Notes under the pieces: model-generated
Databases searched by the model: none
The model's input: only the letters and a program-made list of their open reading frames with translations
What the model was told of the DNA's origin: nothing
Position numbers and translations under genes: made by a program
Source: Verrucomicrobiota bacterium
Lineage (GTDB): Bacteria; Verrucomicrobiota; Verrucomicrobiia; Limisphaerales; UBA8199
Direction: 5' to 3'
Length of the DNA stretch: 59,935 bases
Assembly (NCBI GenBank): GCA_029974925.1
Contig: JARKQH010000351.1
Location: 1 to 59,935 of the forward strand
Shown: piece after piece, positions 1-9,567 of the stretch
How the letters are laid out: each line of letters opens with the position of its first letter
Numbering within the stretch: the first letter of the stretch is position 1

Positions 1-102
1 CTTGCGGGCGAGGTGGAGGCGGGCCTGCCAGGAAAAGAGCTCAACTTCCGCCTGGAGATCGGGTTCGAGGATCACTCGCGGTCTTTGAGATTTCATACTC
101 AT
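1..102 (-). CDS. Possible 5' part of a prophage ORF running off the left edge (MSMKSQRPRVILEPDLQAEVELFSWQARLHLARK...)
   Basis: Open frame from ATG at 102 to the window edge, divergent from 179..727; too short to identify. Confidence 0.3.
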   Translation of the reverse strand, partial: MSMKSQRPRVILEPDLQAEVELFSWQARLHLARK

Positions 103-178
103 TTTGAATATGTTGGGATCATATCAGGTGGGGTTGGACAAAGGCTGTCCAGGGGCAATTAAAGAAGCGAATTAGCAT

Positions 179-727
179 ATGACAAAGAGAATGGCATGGA
201 TGGCGCTGGCATTGATGTGGCTGGTGGATGCATATGGGGGCGGCGATGAGGTGATCAAGCAGCGGGCGAACGAGTTGCGGGCGAAGGCCAGGGAGTCGGG
301 GCAATCAGCGCGAGGGGCGAGTCTGGGGAGGCAGCATCCGATGGCGAAGCGGAATCCGGAGGCCTGGGCGGTTCGGGTGCGGGAGCTGGGGAAGGCGCCG
401 TGGCGGGTGGTGGATGGGGTGACGAACCACATCAGCAGCCCGGGATGGATGCACTTTTACGGGCGGGTGACGGGGGTGAATGGGGATGGGGTTTTCGTCA
501 CGGGGCGATATGAGCGGCTGGATGGGCGGGAGCCGATGGCTGGAGAGCGGGATTTTTTCGTGCGGCATTTTCCGTTTTCAGTTGCCGATGGGGATCGCAT
601 TGAGATGGGGCATTGGCTGGTGGCGAAGGAGGCGGGGACGTATCGGTACGTGACGGTGCTGGGCGCCATGAGGACGCTGAGGTGTTTGGATTACGGGGCG
701 GTGGTTGGGCCGCCAGGAAAGAAGTAA
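179..727 (+). CDS. Exported hypothetical protein (prophage moron)
   Basis: Signal-peptide-like N-terminus MTKRMAWMALALMWLVDAYG; beta-rich C-terminus ending Y-x-Y-x-TVLGA-x-RT...DYG; convergent with gpG. Confidence 0.7.
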   Translation: MTKRMAWMALALMWLVDAYGGGDEVIKQRANELRAKARESGQSARGASLGRQHPMAKRNPEAWAVRVRELGKAPWRVVDGVTNHISSPGWMHFYGRVTGVNGDGVFVTGRYERLDGREPMAGERDFFVRHFPFSVADGDRIEMGHWLVAKEAGTYRYVTVLGAMRTLRCLDYGAVVGPPGKK

Positions 728-772
728 GGATGGCGATTCGGGCCGGGCGGCCTGCCTGGGGCACGTGATGGC

Positions 773-1408
773 TCAGGCTGCGGGCGGGGGGCCCTCGGCA
801 CGGAGGAGCAGATGGGCGGTGCGGGTCATGGCTTTGCGGGCGGCGGCGGCGAGGTCCGTAGTGGGGGGCCGTTCGTCGGGATGCGGGCGGTGGGTGACGG
901 AGGGCACGAGTTTGAAGAGGGGGCGGCTGAGGAGGCGGGAGAGCTTGCCTTTGCCGCGTTTTTCGAGGACTTCGCGGGCGAGGAAGACGCCTTTGCTGAG
1001 CTCGATGACTCGGAGGCCCGGGAAAGCGTGGCGAATGGAGCCTTTGCCGGAGGCGGCGTAGGCCTCGGCAGTGAGTGGGATGGCCAGGAGCCTGCGGCGT
1101 TTGGGGGTGACGACGCCGCCGGTGATGCGGTGGACGAAACGGGGGTCGGCGATGGTGATTTCGGCGCCGGCATTGGAGACCTTGGCGATCCCGACATTGC
1201 GCTCGACGGAGGCTGGGCCGCCGGCGAAGAAGTATTGGGGGGGCCAACCTTTGGCGTTGGGGCGGGCTTGGAGGGCTTTGAGGTGTTTGGAGATGGCGAC
1301 CTGGATGGCTTTGGCGCCGGCTTGGAAGATTGGGGCGGGAGCGCGGACCTGAGCCATGAGGCGGCGGAGCTCGGGGGTGATCGTATTTTTGTCGAGCTTA
1401 ATGGTCAT
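773..1408 (-). CDS. Phage virion morphogenesis protein (Mu gpG-like)
   Basis: Basic 211-aa protein downstream of MuF with helical N-terminus and VTPKRRRLLAIP motif; Mu synteny. Confidence 0.7.
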   Translation of the reverse strand: MTIKLDKNTITPELRRLMAQVRAPAPIFQAGAKAIQVAISKHLKALQARPNAKGWPPQYFFAGGPASVERNVGIAKVSNAGAEITIADPRFVHRITGGVVTPKRRRLLAIPLTAEAYAASGKGSIRHAFPGLRVIELSKGVFLAREVLEKRGKGKLSRLLSRPLFKLVPSVTHRPHPDERPPTTDLAAAARKAMTRTAHLLLRAEGPPPAA

Positions 1409-1730
1409 GCCGATCCTGCAGGGATTTCAGCTCCCACCAGAAGGATTCATAGGCGCGGAGCTTGGGATATTGGGTTGGGCTGTGGGCGATGGCGCTTTTG
1501 AAGTTTGGGTAGGTCACTGAATCGCCCAGGGCGCGGAGGATATTGGGGATGGCCTCGGGTCCGACAAGGATGCGGTAGTGGTAATCGGCATCCGGGCTGA
1601 CGATGATTTTGGGGGTGAGGCCGGCGGCGGCCTCAAGGGCGACCAAGTCAGTGCGGCAGCGGGCGCGGACGTGGAAGGCGCCATCTTTTTTGACGATGGA
1701 GAAAAAGCCGAGTGCGGAGGCTATCCACAT
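1398..1730 (-). CDS. Conserved phage hypothetical (MWI...GFFSIV...VRAR...DY-x-YR type); candidate immunity protein
   Basis: 110 aa; its start overlaps the upstream stop at 1730 and its end overlaps gpG. Confidence 0.75.
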   Translation of the reverse strand: MWIASALGFFSIVKKDGAFHVRARCRTDLVALEAAAGLTPKIIVSPDADYHYRILVGPEAIPNILRALGDSVTYPNFKSAIAHSPTQYPKLRAYESFWWELKSLQDRHDH

Positions 1731-2074
1731 CAGAGCTTGGAGGCGGCGCTGAGCTGGCCGGATGCAAGCAGGGCGTTGAACCGAGCGGCAGCCGCGACAA
1801 TCTTTGGGTGGTCAGTGAGGCGGTCGAATCGCTGGACTATGCCGTCGCGCTCGATATCCGTATAGATAGGCCAATCGGGGTTATTATTGATTGGCTCGCA
1901 ACAGGCCAGGCCGTCTTCGATGAGGGTGGGCTTGGACTGGATGTCGCATTCGATGCCGCTAATGATGGCGCGCGGGACGAAATGGCCGGGCGCGTCCGGG
2001 TCTTCGATGATATAAGCCCTTTCGAACCGCAGGGTATCGAAATTGCTTTCGATTATTTTTGTTCCGTTTCCCAT
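1730..2074 (-). CDS. Small acidic hypothetical protein; candidate immunity protein for the MuF toxin domain
   Basis: 114 aa; start overlaps the MuF 3' end by 22 nt; locally lower GC. Confidence 0.7.
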   Translation of the reverse strand: MGNGTKIIESNFDTLRFERAYIIEDPDAPGHFVPRAIISGIECDIQSKPTLIEDGLACCEPINNNPDWPIYTDIERDGIVQRFDRLTDHPKIVAAAARFNALLASGQLSAASKL

Positions 2075-4794
2075 TTGGTATGGTCTGCGGGCGGGTCAGT
2101 CGAGACGGACTGTCCAGTCACGTTTCGGGTCTTCAGCCCGTGGGCCATGTAGGCGACCTCGTTTTCGCGGTCACCGTAGAAGAAAGTATCGCCCATGCCT
2201 GGACTTTGTTCAAGGAAATAAACGCCCACGATTCGGCAATGAGGCACGGCTGTGACGGTTTTAGCACCGGAAAAGACCTGGGTGAAGAGAGAGCCTGATG
2301 CGTAAATGCCTCTGGGGTATATGCCTGACTCTCCTGGTCGAAACGGTACGGCCCGCGGGTCCTCCTCCGTGCGGAGCACGCGGAGCAATTTGGCCTGGCG
2401 ATCATTGCCTGGGAAATCCATGCGGCCGAGCATTTCCTGGACGAAGGCATGGAACATTTCAAAGGAGCGATCATATACTTGGCGTTGCTGGCCAGAAAGA
2501 CTTGAAAGAATGTCCGCGGGCGGGACGCCATGGAAACTGGATGGCGGGACATTTTGGAGCCGCTCGAATAGCCAACGCTTGAGTTGTTTGGACTCATTAG
2601 AATTTGAGCTTTGTGCTTGGTGATAGGCCCATTTTTTGATGACCTCATAATCGCCGCCGCGTTCGCGCATGTGCGCGGCGAGCCGGACCATGGCACTGTC
2701 CGGTTGGGTGGACGCTTGGCTTTGTGGCATTGGAATTTGGGCGAAATGGCCAATTTTGACGGTGGGCTTGCCTAGCGCCGCTTCGAGCTCGGCGATGGTC
2801 TTGAGATAGGCTTTGGCCATGGCCTGTTCGGCGGGGCTTCCGGAGGTTGCCAGTTGGGCCAGGTGGTTTTTTTGTGCCAAAGCGGCTTGGATTTTGCTCT
2901 GATTATACTGGGTATCGCCTTGGCCATGGTGGAAGTTCACACTGGTCACGGCCGCCTTGATCGTCAAAAACGTCTGTTCATGCGGATTCTCAATGCGAGC
3001 GCGCGAATAACGTGCGGTGCGGAGGTTATCGAAGGCTCGGCCCTGAGCATCGGCGAGGATGACCGGGTCGGTCTTATGCAATGATGCATGGAGTAACCCC
3101 GAGATGCCGGCCTTGCGGAGGCCGATCATTTCCTCGGTGATGCGGTCGGCGTGGCGCGGGATGAAGCTGGCCTCTTTATATTCGAGGGCCTTATTGGCGA
3201 CATCGCGAAGATGCTGGATGCGGCTGGATAGGGCGGGTTGAAGATCGGGCGGCGCGGTGTCCAGGATGGCTTGGAAATTGGTATCGCGAATGGTGGCGGC
3301 GAGTTGATAGAAATCGAGCGAGGCAAAGAGTTGAGCGGTCTGGGGGTTGGTGGCCGGATTGCGGAGAGACCACAATTCGGCTGGGTATTCATCCCACTCG
3401 CTGGCGGATTTGCGGGCGCCCTGGGCGCGGAAGCGGAGGGAGCCTCCGTTGTCAATGCGCCAGACATTGCCCGAGCGATCCACAAGGATGTTATCGAGGG
3501 ATGCGCCGGCGACATCCCAGTTGCCGAGCAGGGCATCAATGTGGAAGCCTTGATGGAGTTGGGCGAGCACGCGCTGTCGGGCTTCCGGGGATGCGCCAGC
3601 GAGGTAATCGTGAAGGGATTGGCCGGCGATGTATTCGGCGATTTTGACGGGGTTGCCGGCGCCATCCTGGACGAGGCGGGCCATGGGGACGCGGATACCG
3701 GCGGCGCGATAGAGAGCATCGGCGGTGAACTCTTCGCGGACATGGTCGGGCGAATTGCCGCGTTTGACGACGAACTGGCGGCCTTTGGCGTCGCGCATGA
3801 GCGTCGCGCCGGTGGATCCGCCCAGGGATCGGACGAAAGAGAGCTGGTCGAGGTCTGGGATATTGGGTTCGGCTGGGCCTGGGGGCTCCTCGGCGGCGGG
3901 CGGTCCGGCGGGGGCTGGGGCTTGCTCGGGCGGGATGGCGAGCTTTTTGCCGGCGCGATCGCCGGTCCACCAGGCGGCGCCGTCCTGGATTTTGATTTGG
4001 CGGCCAAAGACCTGCTTAAGATGAGTGATCAAATCCGGGTCCAGATTGGTGACAGAGGCGTGGAGCTGGTCGTTAAAATCGCGCTCGGCTGTGGGCTTGG
4101 GGAGCTCGCCGGCTTTGAGGAGGCCGAGGGAGACGGCTTCGTCGTAATCCACATCTTCGACGCCCATGCCGGAGTTGAAGTCGAAGGGGGGCCATGGGGT
4201 ATTGAAGCGGGACAATTGGGCCCAGATGGGCGAGGTTTTGAGGGCGACCCATGGGGCGGGCAGGGCATCCTGCCAGGCGATGGCCTCGCCGGCTTCGGCC
4301 CAGCGGGCGCTCCAGTCGCGCGGGACCTTGGCGGCGCGTTCGCGGACGAGGCGCCAGGCTGGGAAAGCGATGAGGGCGCCTGGGGATTGGTCGAGTTTCC
4401 ATCGGGCATAGCCGGTGGCCTGCTGGGTTTGGATGTCGAAAATGAGGCCGAGGCGCGGGATGGAGGTGATATCCTGGATGGTGCCCTGTTTGGCTGGGTC
4501 TGTGGGAGCGAGGCCTTCGGCTGCGGCGAGATCGCGGATGGCATCAATGAAGGAGGAGCGGTCGAAGAGGGCATCCTTATCGCCGGTGAGGCGTTCGCGC
4601 TGGAGGGCGATTTGGGCCTGGAGCCGGTCCTGGATGGCCTGGAGTAGTTTGGCAGAAGTGATGGTGGCTGAGAATTGGGCGCGTTCGCGGAGGGCGAGGG
4701 GGACTTCAGCCCAATCGCGGCTTTTGAGGATTGAGCCGACGGGGGTTTTGGCGGAGATTTTCGCCAGGGCATCGGCGAGCGGTTGAGGTTGCAT
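2053..4794 (-). CDS. MuF (Mu gpF/SPP1 gp7-like) head morphogenesis protein with C-terminal kinase-like and ADP-ribosyltransferase-like domains
   Basis: Directly after the portal. N-terminal MuF-like region (RLGLIFDIQ...PWPPFDFNSGMGV), Pro/Ala linker, GGSTGA...FVVK...EE...DALLGNWDV...DN...RIDNGG kinase motifs, then RVLRTE / YASGS / ENE motifs. Confidence 0.85.
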   Translation of the reverse strand: MQPQPLADALAKISAKTPVGSILKSRDWAEVPLALRERAQFSATITSAKLLQAIQDRLQAQIALQRERLTGDKDALFDRSSFIDAIRDLAAAEGLAPTDPAKQGTIQDITSIPRLGLIFDIQTQQATGYARWKLDQSPGALIAFPAWRLVRERAAKVPRDWSARWAEAGEAIAWQDALPAPWVALKTSPIWAQLSRFNTPWPPFDFNSGMGVEDVDYDEAVSLGLLKAGELPKPTAERDFNDQLHASVTNLDPDLITHLKQVFGRQIKIQDGAAWWTGDRAGKKLAIPPEQAPAPAGPPAAEEPPGPAEPNIPDLDQLSFVRSLGGSTGATLMRDAKGRQFVVKRGNSPDHVREEFTADALYRAAGIRVPMARLVQDGAGNPVKIAEYIAGQSLHDYLAGASPEARQRVLAQLHQGFHIDALLGNWDVAGASLDNILVDRSGNVWRIDNGGSLRFRAQGARKSASEWDEYPAELWSLRNPATNPQTAQLFASLDFYQLAATIRDTNFQAILDTAPPDLQPALSSRIQHLRDVANKALEYKEASFIPRHADRITEEMIGLRKAGISGLLHASLHKTDPVILADAQGRAFDNLRTARYSRARIENPHEQTFLTIKAAVTSVNFHHGQGDTQYNQSKIQAALAQKNHLAQLATSGSPAEQAMAKAYLKTIAELEAALGKPTVKIGHFAQIPMPQSQASTQPDSAMVRLAAHMRERGGDYEVIKKWAYHQAQSSNSNESKQLKRWLFERLQNVPPSSFHGVPPADILSSLSGQQRQVYDRSFEMFHAFVQEMLGRMDFPGNDRQAKLLRVLRTEEDPRAVPFRPGESGIYPRGIYASGSLFTQVFSGAKTVTAVPHCRIVGVYFLEQSPGMGDTFFYGDRENEVAYMAHGLKTRNVTGQSVSTDPPADHTKWETEQK

Positions 4795-4830
4795 GGCGCG
4801 GCGTCAGCGGCGAACCCGGACGGGCCGGGG

Positions 4831-6501
4831 TCAGGAGCCGGAGCGGATGGCGACATCGGGGTTTTTGCGGACCTGGCGGCGGACCTCGTCGAGGATGGAC
4901 TGGCCCATGGCGGCTTCGAGGAGGCGGGCGAGGTCATCATGATCCATGCGATCGAATAGCTCGGGGATTTTGCGGGTGGCAGCGGAGAGGAAGTCGAGGA
5001 GGTCCTGGTCGGAGAGGGAGTGGTCAGCCGCCTTGGTCTGGAGATCGGCGAGGAAGTCCTGGATGGGATTGAGCCAGGAGCTGGGGACGCCGAGGGATTG
5101 GGCGATGGCATTTTGGGCGGCGAGGGTGCGGAGGGCGGTGGTGGATTGCGGTGCTGGCGAGAAGGATGGGGATGGCGGCGCGGCGGGGACCCGACGCTGG
5201 ATGACCAACCCGAGTCGTTCATTGATGACGGGAATGGACTCATCGGCGGGTTCAAGGCCTGCCCGGGAGAGGATTTCGAGGAGCTCGGCGAGGGTTTTGG
5301 CGTCTTCGTCGGAGAGTCCGCCCCATACTGGTTTTGGGGCAGCGCCGCGGAGACCGTTGATGCGGAGGAATTGGGTGAAGAGCTGTTTGGCAATGGTCTC
5401 GCCCAGCTTGAGCTGGTCGAACATGCGGATGTCTTCTCGGACGGCGGCTTGGAGTGAGGCGGTGCCGGAGCCGAGGCCGGTGGGGGCGGCTTCGGCGGAG
5501 AGTGTTTGGCCGACGATGATTTTGGAGATTTCGCGGTTGCAGACGTTCAGGAATTTTTCGTGGGCATCGGCGAGGCCGGAGATGGCGATTTCTTTGAGTT
5601 CGATTTGGGTATCGTGGTCCACGACGAGCCCGCCGATTTTGCTGGCCAGGGAGAAGGCTTCCTGGAGGAAGGTGATGGCCTCCTGATTTTTGGAGTCGGT
5701 ATGGCCGACGGGGAAGGGAACCCCATAGCGTTCCATGGCGCGGGCGAACCAGTCGCGGGCGAGGGTGGAGACGAGCCACCAGAAGAGGATGGCGCGCATT
5801 GGGCCGCCGAAGCAGTCGCGCAATCCGGTGAGGAGATGGCCACGGTGGACGATATGGCGGTCGGGTTCGAGGGGGTAGGCCTCGGTATAGGAGTAGATGA
5901 CGCGGCCGGAGGAGTCGGTGGCGTAAAGCCGGATATCGGGTTCCCACTCGGCGGGCGGGGCGGTCTCGGCGGGAGTGGGGGCATTCGAGACGGCCGGGGT
6001 TTTGGGTCGGAAGCAGAGCAGGACGGGGTTGATGGGCTCGAAGCGGTGCAGCGTGTAGCGGAGGCCGAGGGCATCGGCGGCATCGCCACGGGCGACCGGC
6101 CGGAAGATTTTCTCGCTCACTGCGACCGGCCAGAGACAGGAATCGAGCAGGTGGATGAGGCCATCGTTCCAGTTTTCGCAGTCGCGGATCATTTGGGTGA
6201 CGGCGGCGGCGGCGCGGAGGTCTTCCGGCTTGGATTTATCGGCGGGAAGGATGGAGAGGGGTTGGGCAATGATGGCGAGTTTGCGCTTGTTGAACTCGGC
6301 CTGGACATGGGAGCCGCCCGCGATCAGATCGCGATAGTAAGTGAAGAGGTTGCGGGTATCGCCGGCTTCGGCCGCGCGGATGGCGGCCTGGACGGCCGAG
6401 ACCGTGGCATTGGCTGAGAGGTTGGCGGGCTCATAGGAGAGGTGCACGCGCGCCTTGCGGGCGGTCGGGATGAGGTTGGCAATAGCTTGGAGGAGGTTCA
6501 T
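4831..6501 (-). CDS. Portal protein (Mu gp29/DUF935 family)
   Basis: After TerL; motifs AMERYGVPFPVG, NREISKIIVGQTLS, QAAVREDIR typical of DUF935. Confidence 0.9.
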   Translation of the reverse strand: MNLLQAIANLIPTARKARVHLSYEPANLSANATVSAVQAAIRAAEAGDTRNLFTYYRDLIAGGSHVQAEFNKRKLAIIAQPLSILPADKSKPEDLRAAAAVTQMIRDCENWNDGLIHLLDSCLWPVAVSEKIFRPVARGDAADALGLRYTLHRFEPINPVLLCFRPKTPAVSNAPTPAETAPPAEWEPDIRLYATDSSGRVIYSYTEAYPLEPDRHIVHRGHLLTGLRDCFGGPMRAILFWWLVSTLARDWFARAMERYGVPFPVGHTDSKNQEAITFLQEAFSLASKIGGLVVDHDTQIELKEIAISGLADAHEKFLNVCNREISKIIVGQTLSAEAAPTGLGSGTASLQAAVREDIRMFDQLKLGETIAKQLFTQFLRINGLRGAAPKPVWGGLSDEDAKTLAELLEILSRAGLEPADESIPVINERLGLVIQRRVPAAPPSPSFSPAPQSTTALRTLAAQNAIAQSLGVPSSWLNPIQDFLADLQTKAADHSLSDQDLLDFLSAATRKIPELFDRMDHDDLARLLEAAMGQSILDEVRRQVRKNPDVAIRSGS

Positions 6502-6648
6502 GGGGACTCGAACGTCATCGTTGCGGTATTGGCTGGTCGGTGGCCGAGGAAATGCCTTCCGCCGCGTTTCGCGGATAGGTAGGACGCGCGATTGGAGGCC
6601 TGGGGGTGTGGCGGGCCGGGCTGAGGTGAAAAACTTTCCTGGGCCATT

Positions 6649-8049
6649 TTAGAGCGATCCTCCATGGTATGAGCCCACGGCGACGGCTTGGGCGTATCCG
6701 GCGGTTTTGCTTTGCCGCGCGGCGTGGAGAGCCAGCGCGAGCGCCCAAAAGCGATCGGCGTGGCCATTTTTGCCGCGGTCGGCAGTAAAGCGGATGTTGC
6801 CGGCGGCGGTGGTTTCTTTTTTGACCGCGCGGAGGTCCGCGCGGATGGCTGGGTCGGACGGGATGCGGATCGAGCGGTCCTCGAAGGCAGCGCGGAGGGG
6901 ATAGGCTAGCTCTTCCTTGACTGGGGCGCTGAATTGGACTGGTTCAACTCGGTAGGGGCCGAAGCGGCGTTGGGCGCGTTCGGCGAATTGGCGTCCGATG
7001 CCGGTGGCGTCAATGCAGGCGCGGCGCAGGGCGGGGAGGTGGAGGAGCTGGTAGAGCCGGTCTTCCTGGGCATCGAAAGGGGTGTTCTGGAGGGTGAGGA
7101 CGGTGCGCGTGTAGCAGACATCGCCGAGCCGTTCGAGGACCCAGATGACGGTCAGGTCATGGTCGCGGCCGACGTCCACGCCCACGTAGAGGCGGCCTTT
7201 GGCGTCGAGGAGGTCTGTCTGCCAGGGATCGGCAGGCTGATATTCGCAGGCCTGGATGAGGTCATAGGAGAGGAAGGCGGCCGAGTCATCGGAGGGGATG
7301 CACATGTATTCCTGGAGGAAGGTTTCCTCGTCGGGGCAACCGCGGCGGACGAAATCGAAATAATCGGCCTCATCCATGGCCTGGCGCTCGTCGCCGGGCT
7401 GGAGTTTGGACTGGAGCTTGTAGAGGAAGCCCTGGTCGAGGGCGTCCTGGAGAGTGATGCGGTGGTGGGAGATACGCTTTGGGTTGCCTTTATGCACGAT
7501 CTCATTGACGAGATCGGCGAAGAAATTGGCTGAGCCGCGATGGGTCGAGATGATTTCAAGGGAACCGCCCCAGGTGATGCCTGGGTAGGCGATGGCATAG
7601 AGTTTGCGGGGGTCGGCATGGAGCGCGAACTCGTCGAGGATACGGCGGCCGCGTTTGCCGGCTTGGGCGTCGGGGTTGGAGGAGAGGGAATGCGTGCGAT
7701 GGCCGTTGGCGTATTGCAGGACATATGCCGAGTTTTTCGAGGCATCCACGACGGTTTGGCCGAGGTCGGCGGCGGCGACATGGAGGAGGGCGGCGAAGTG
7801 TTTGCAATCCTCGATGAGGAGGCGGGCCTGGAGGTCGTCGCGGGAGGAGACCCAATCATCGGTGGAGGAGTTTTGGAGGGAGGTGGTGGAGACCAGCTTG
7901 TAGGCGGTGGCCCAGGACATGCCGATTTGGCGGGATTTTTCGACGAGGATGAGCCGGGATTTGTCGCGGATGTAGCGGGCCTGATATGGGAGCATGAGGG
8001 CATCCCTGGACGGGATGACTTTGGCTCGGCCTGGGCGACGTGAGCTCAT
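6649..8049 (-). CDS. terL: Terminase large subunit (Mu gp28-like)
   Basis: LPYQ...EKSRQIGMSW Walker A, ILDEFA Walker B, GVDVGR nuclease motif, HADRFWALALA terminus. Confidence 0.95.
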   Translation of the reverse strand: MSSRRPGRAKVIPSRDALMLPYQARYIRDKSRLILVEKSRQIGMSWATAYKLVSTTSLQNSSTDDWVSSRDDLQARLLIEDCKHFAALLHVAAADLGQTVVDASKNSAYVLQYANGHRTHSLSSNPDAQAGKRGRRILDEFALHADPRKLYAIAYPGITWGGSLEIISTHRGSANFFADLVNEIVHKGNPKRISHHRITLQDALDQGFLYKLQSKLQPGDERQAMDEADYFDFVRRGCPDEETFLQEYMCIPSDDSAAFLSYDLIQACEYQPADPWQTDLLDAKGRLYVGVDVGRDHDLTVIWVLERLGDVCYTRTVLTLQNTPFDAQEDRLYQLLHLPALRRACIDATGIGRQFAERAQRRFGPYRVEPVQFSAPVKEELAYPLRAAFEDRSIRIPSDPAIRADLRAVKKETTAAGNIRFTADRGKNGHADRFWALALALHAARQSKTAGYAQAVAVGSYHGGSL

Positions 8050-8699
8050 AGGAGCCTGGCGGCTTCCTCGATTTTGGCGAGGGTCTCGGGGGTGATGCCG
8101 CCGGCTTTCGCATCTGAGAGGGCGCCTTCGATCCGGCGTTTTTGAGCGGCGACCTTCTCCTGATATTCCTTGAGCCGCTGCTGGAATGCGGCTTTGGCGA
8201 GCGCCAATTCCTCATCCTTGCGTTTGAGGCGTTCGGCGTCGAGGTTGGCGCGTTGTTGGGCGATTTCGGTGGAGCGGAGGGAGGTGAGACCGCGGATGAG
8301 CTCGGCGAGCTCTGCTGGATCATGCTGTTTGTGGTCGGCGGCCGCCTCGGCGGCTTCAAGGAGCTCAAGGATTTTTCCGGCGGCGATGGCGGCAGCGCCG
8401 GCGGCGATGGAAGAATCATTGGCCTTGGCGAGATCGGCGGCGAAGGCGGCAAGCTCTTTGATGCGGTGGGTCCGGTCCTGTTTGCGGAGCCAGTCCTGGT
8501 ATCCTCCCTGACGCCAGTCGGACAGGTTTTGGGCGTTGATCGGCTTGCCGCCGAATCGGGCGGATAGGACCTGGACGGCCTCCGGATGGCTGTTGATCCA
8601 TGGCAGAATGTCCGGTCCAAGCTGGCCGGCCTGGAGCCGGCGGTTGAGTTCCTCGCGCAGGGCCAGGGGGAGGCGCGCGATTTTGCCGATGCGGGCCAT
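8046..8699 (-). CDS. Terminase small subunit (DUF3486/Mu gp27-like)
   Basis: GKIARLPLALREELNRRL N-terminus; stop overlaps the TerL start. Confidence 0.85.
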   Translation of the reverse strand: MARIGKIARLPLALREELNRRLQAGQLGPDILPWINSHPEAVQVLSARFGGKPINAQNLSDWRQGGYQDWLRKQDRTHRIKELAAFAADLAKANDSSIAAGAAAIAAGKILELLEAAEAAADHKQHDPAELAELIRGLTSLRSTEIAQQRANLDAERLKRKDEELALAKAAFQQRLKEYQEKVAAQKRRIEGALSDAKAGGITPETLAKIEEAARLL

Positions 8700-8702
8700 A
8701 GG

Positions 8703-8963
8703 TCAGTGACGTTCGGTGTAGAGGAGGCCTTGGCCGGTGGCGGCGTACCATCTGGAGCGTCCCAGCGGGTCGAAAGCGGCGTGGACGTGGCCCAAAGAGA
8801 TCAGTAGATCGAGCGCGGACTCGACATCAGCTTCGGAGCAGGGGAAGTCGAGCTCGGTTTTGATGCGGCGCAGGATGCCCGCGATGGGCAACGCGGCGGG
8901 GTGGCGGGTGGCCAGGCAATCGAGGACAGCATGGCGCAGGAGCTCTTTATCTTCCGGGGACAT
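8703..8963 (-). CDS. Mu gp26-like small helical/winged-helix protein
   Basis: 86 aa immediately upstream of TerS; LDLLISLGHV...ATGQG pattern. Confidence 0.65.
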   Translation of the reverse strand: MSPEDKELLRHAVLDCLATRHPAALPIAGILRRIKTELDFPCSEADVESALDLLISLGHVHAAFDPLGRSRWYAATGQGLLYTERH

Positions 8964-8965
8964 GG

Positions 8966-9355
8966 CTAAAAGCGGCTATTGATTTTGCCCTCGATGCGGC
9001 CGAGGGCGCGCTCGATATCGGCGAAGGACTTGGCGAGGACGGTGCGGATGGCGTTGTCCTCGGCGCGCATCGTGTTCCAGAGGGCGGTGATTTCGTGATC
9101 ATGGCCATCGAGGCGGCGGCCGATTTCGACGTGCTTTTCGTGGCACTGTGCGACGGTGGCATAGGCTGGGGAGGCGCGGACTTCGAGGGGTTGAGGTTCG
9201 ATCTGGCGCCGCCGGTTGCGGGCGGTGATGATCGAGATGACGGTGGCAGCGCCTCCGGCGATGCCCGTGAGAAACAAGATGGCCTGCTTCAGGAATGTTG
9301 GGTCAACATTCTGCAATTGGGCGAGCATAAGAGCACGACATGCACCGTCCGGCAT
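8966..9355 (-). CDS. Single-TM coiled-coil protein (Mu gp25-like position)
   Basis: Hydrophobic segment AILFLTGIAGGAATVISII followed by a heptad-like region; TGATG coupling with the upstream ORF. Confidence 0.65.
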   Translation of the reverse strand: MPDGACRALMLAQLQNVDPTFLKQAILFLTGIAGGAATVISIITARNRRRQIEPQPLEVRASPAYATVAQCHEKHVEIGRRLDGHDHEITALWNTMRAEDNAIRTVLAKSFADIERALGRIEGKINSRF

Positions 9356-9564
9356 CAGTTATTTTGGGTGGGGAGATAAGCTGGGTCCTGAGTGCGCGCC
9401 CAGAGGGCGGCACGGAATGCAGCTTCATCGGCTGGGGACCATTCGCCGGACTGCATTGCGGCCGAGCGGACGGCCTGAATCCAGGCGATGAGTTTATCCA
9501 GGCCGGTGCTGACGTAAGGCAGGGCAGCCAGGACCATTTGCAGGATGACGATTTCTTTGCTCAT
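9355..9564 (-). CDS. Small phage hypothetical protein
   Basis: 69 aa, tightly packed between neighbours on the same strand. Confidence 0.7.
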   Translation of the reverse strand: MSKEIVILQMVLAALPYVSTGLDKLIAWIQAVRSAAMQSGEWSPADEAAFRAALWARTQDPAYLPTQNN

Positions 9565-9567
9565 GAA

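Noticed and set aside
6498-6767. Small ORF filling the TerL-portal gap (stop overlaps the portal ATG)
   Set aside because: Overlaps TerL out of frame, has low-complexity composition and no recognisable motif; the 6502-6648 gap may be regulatory but I cannot support a call.
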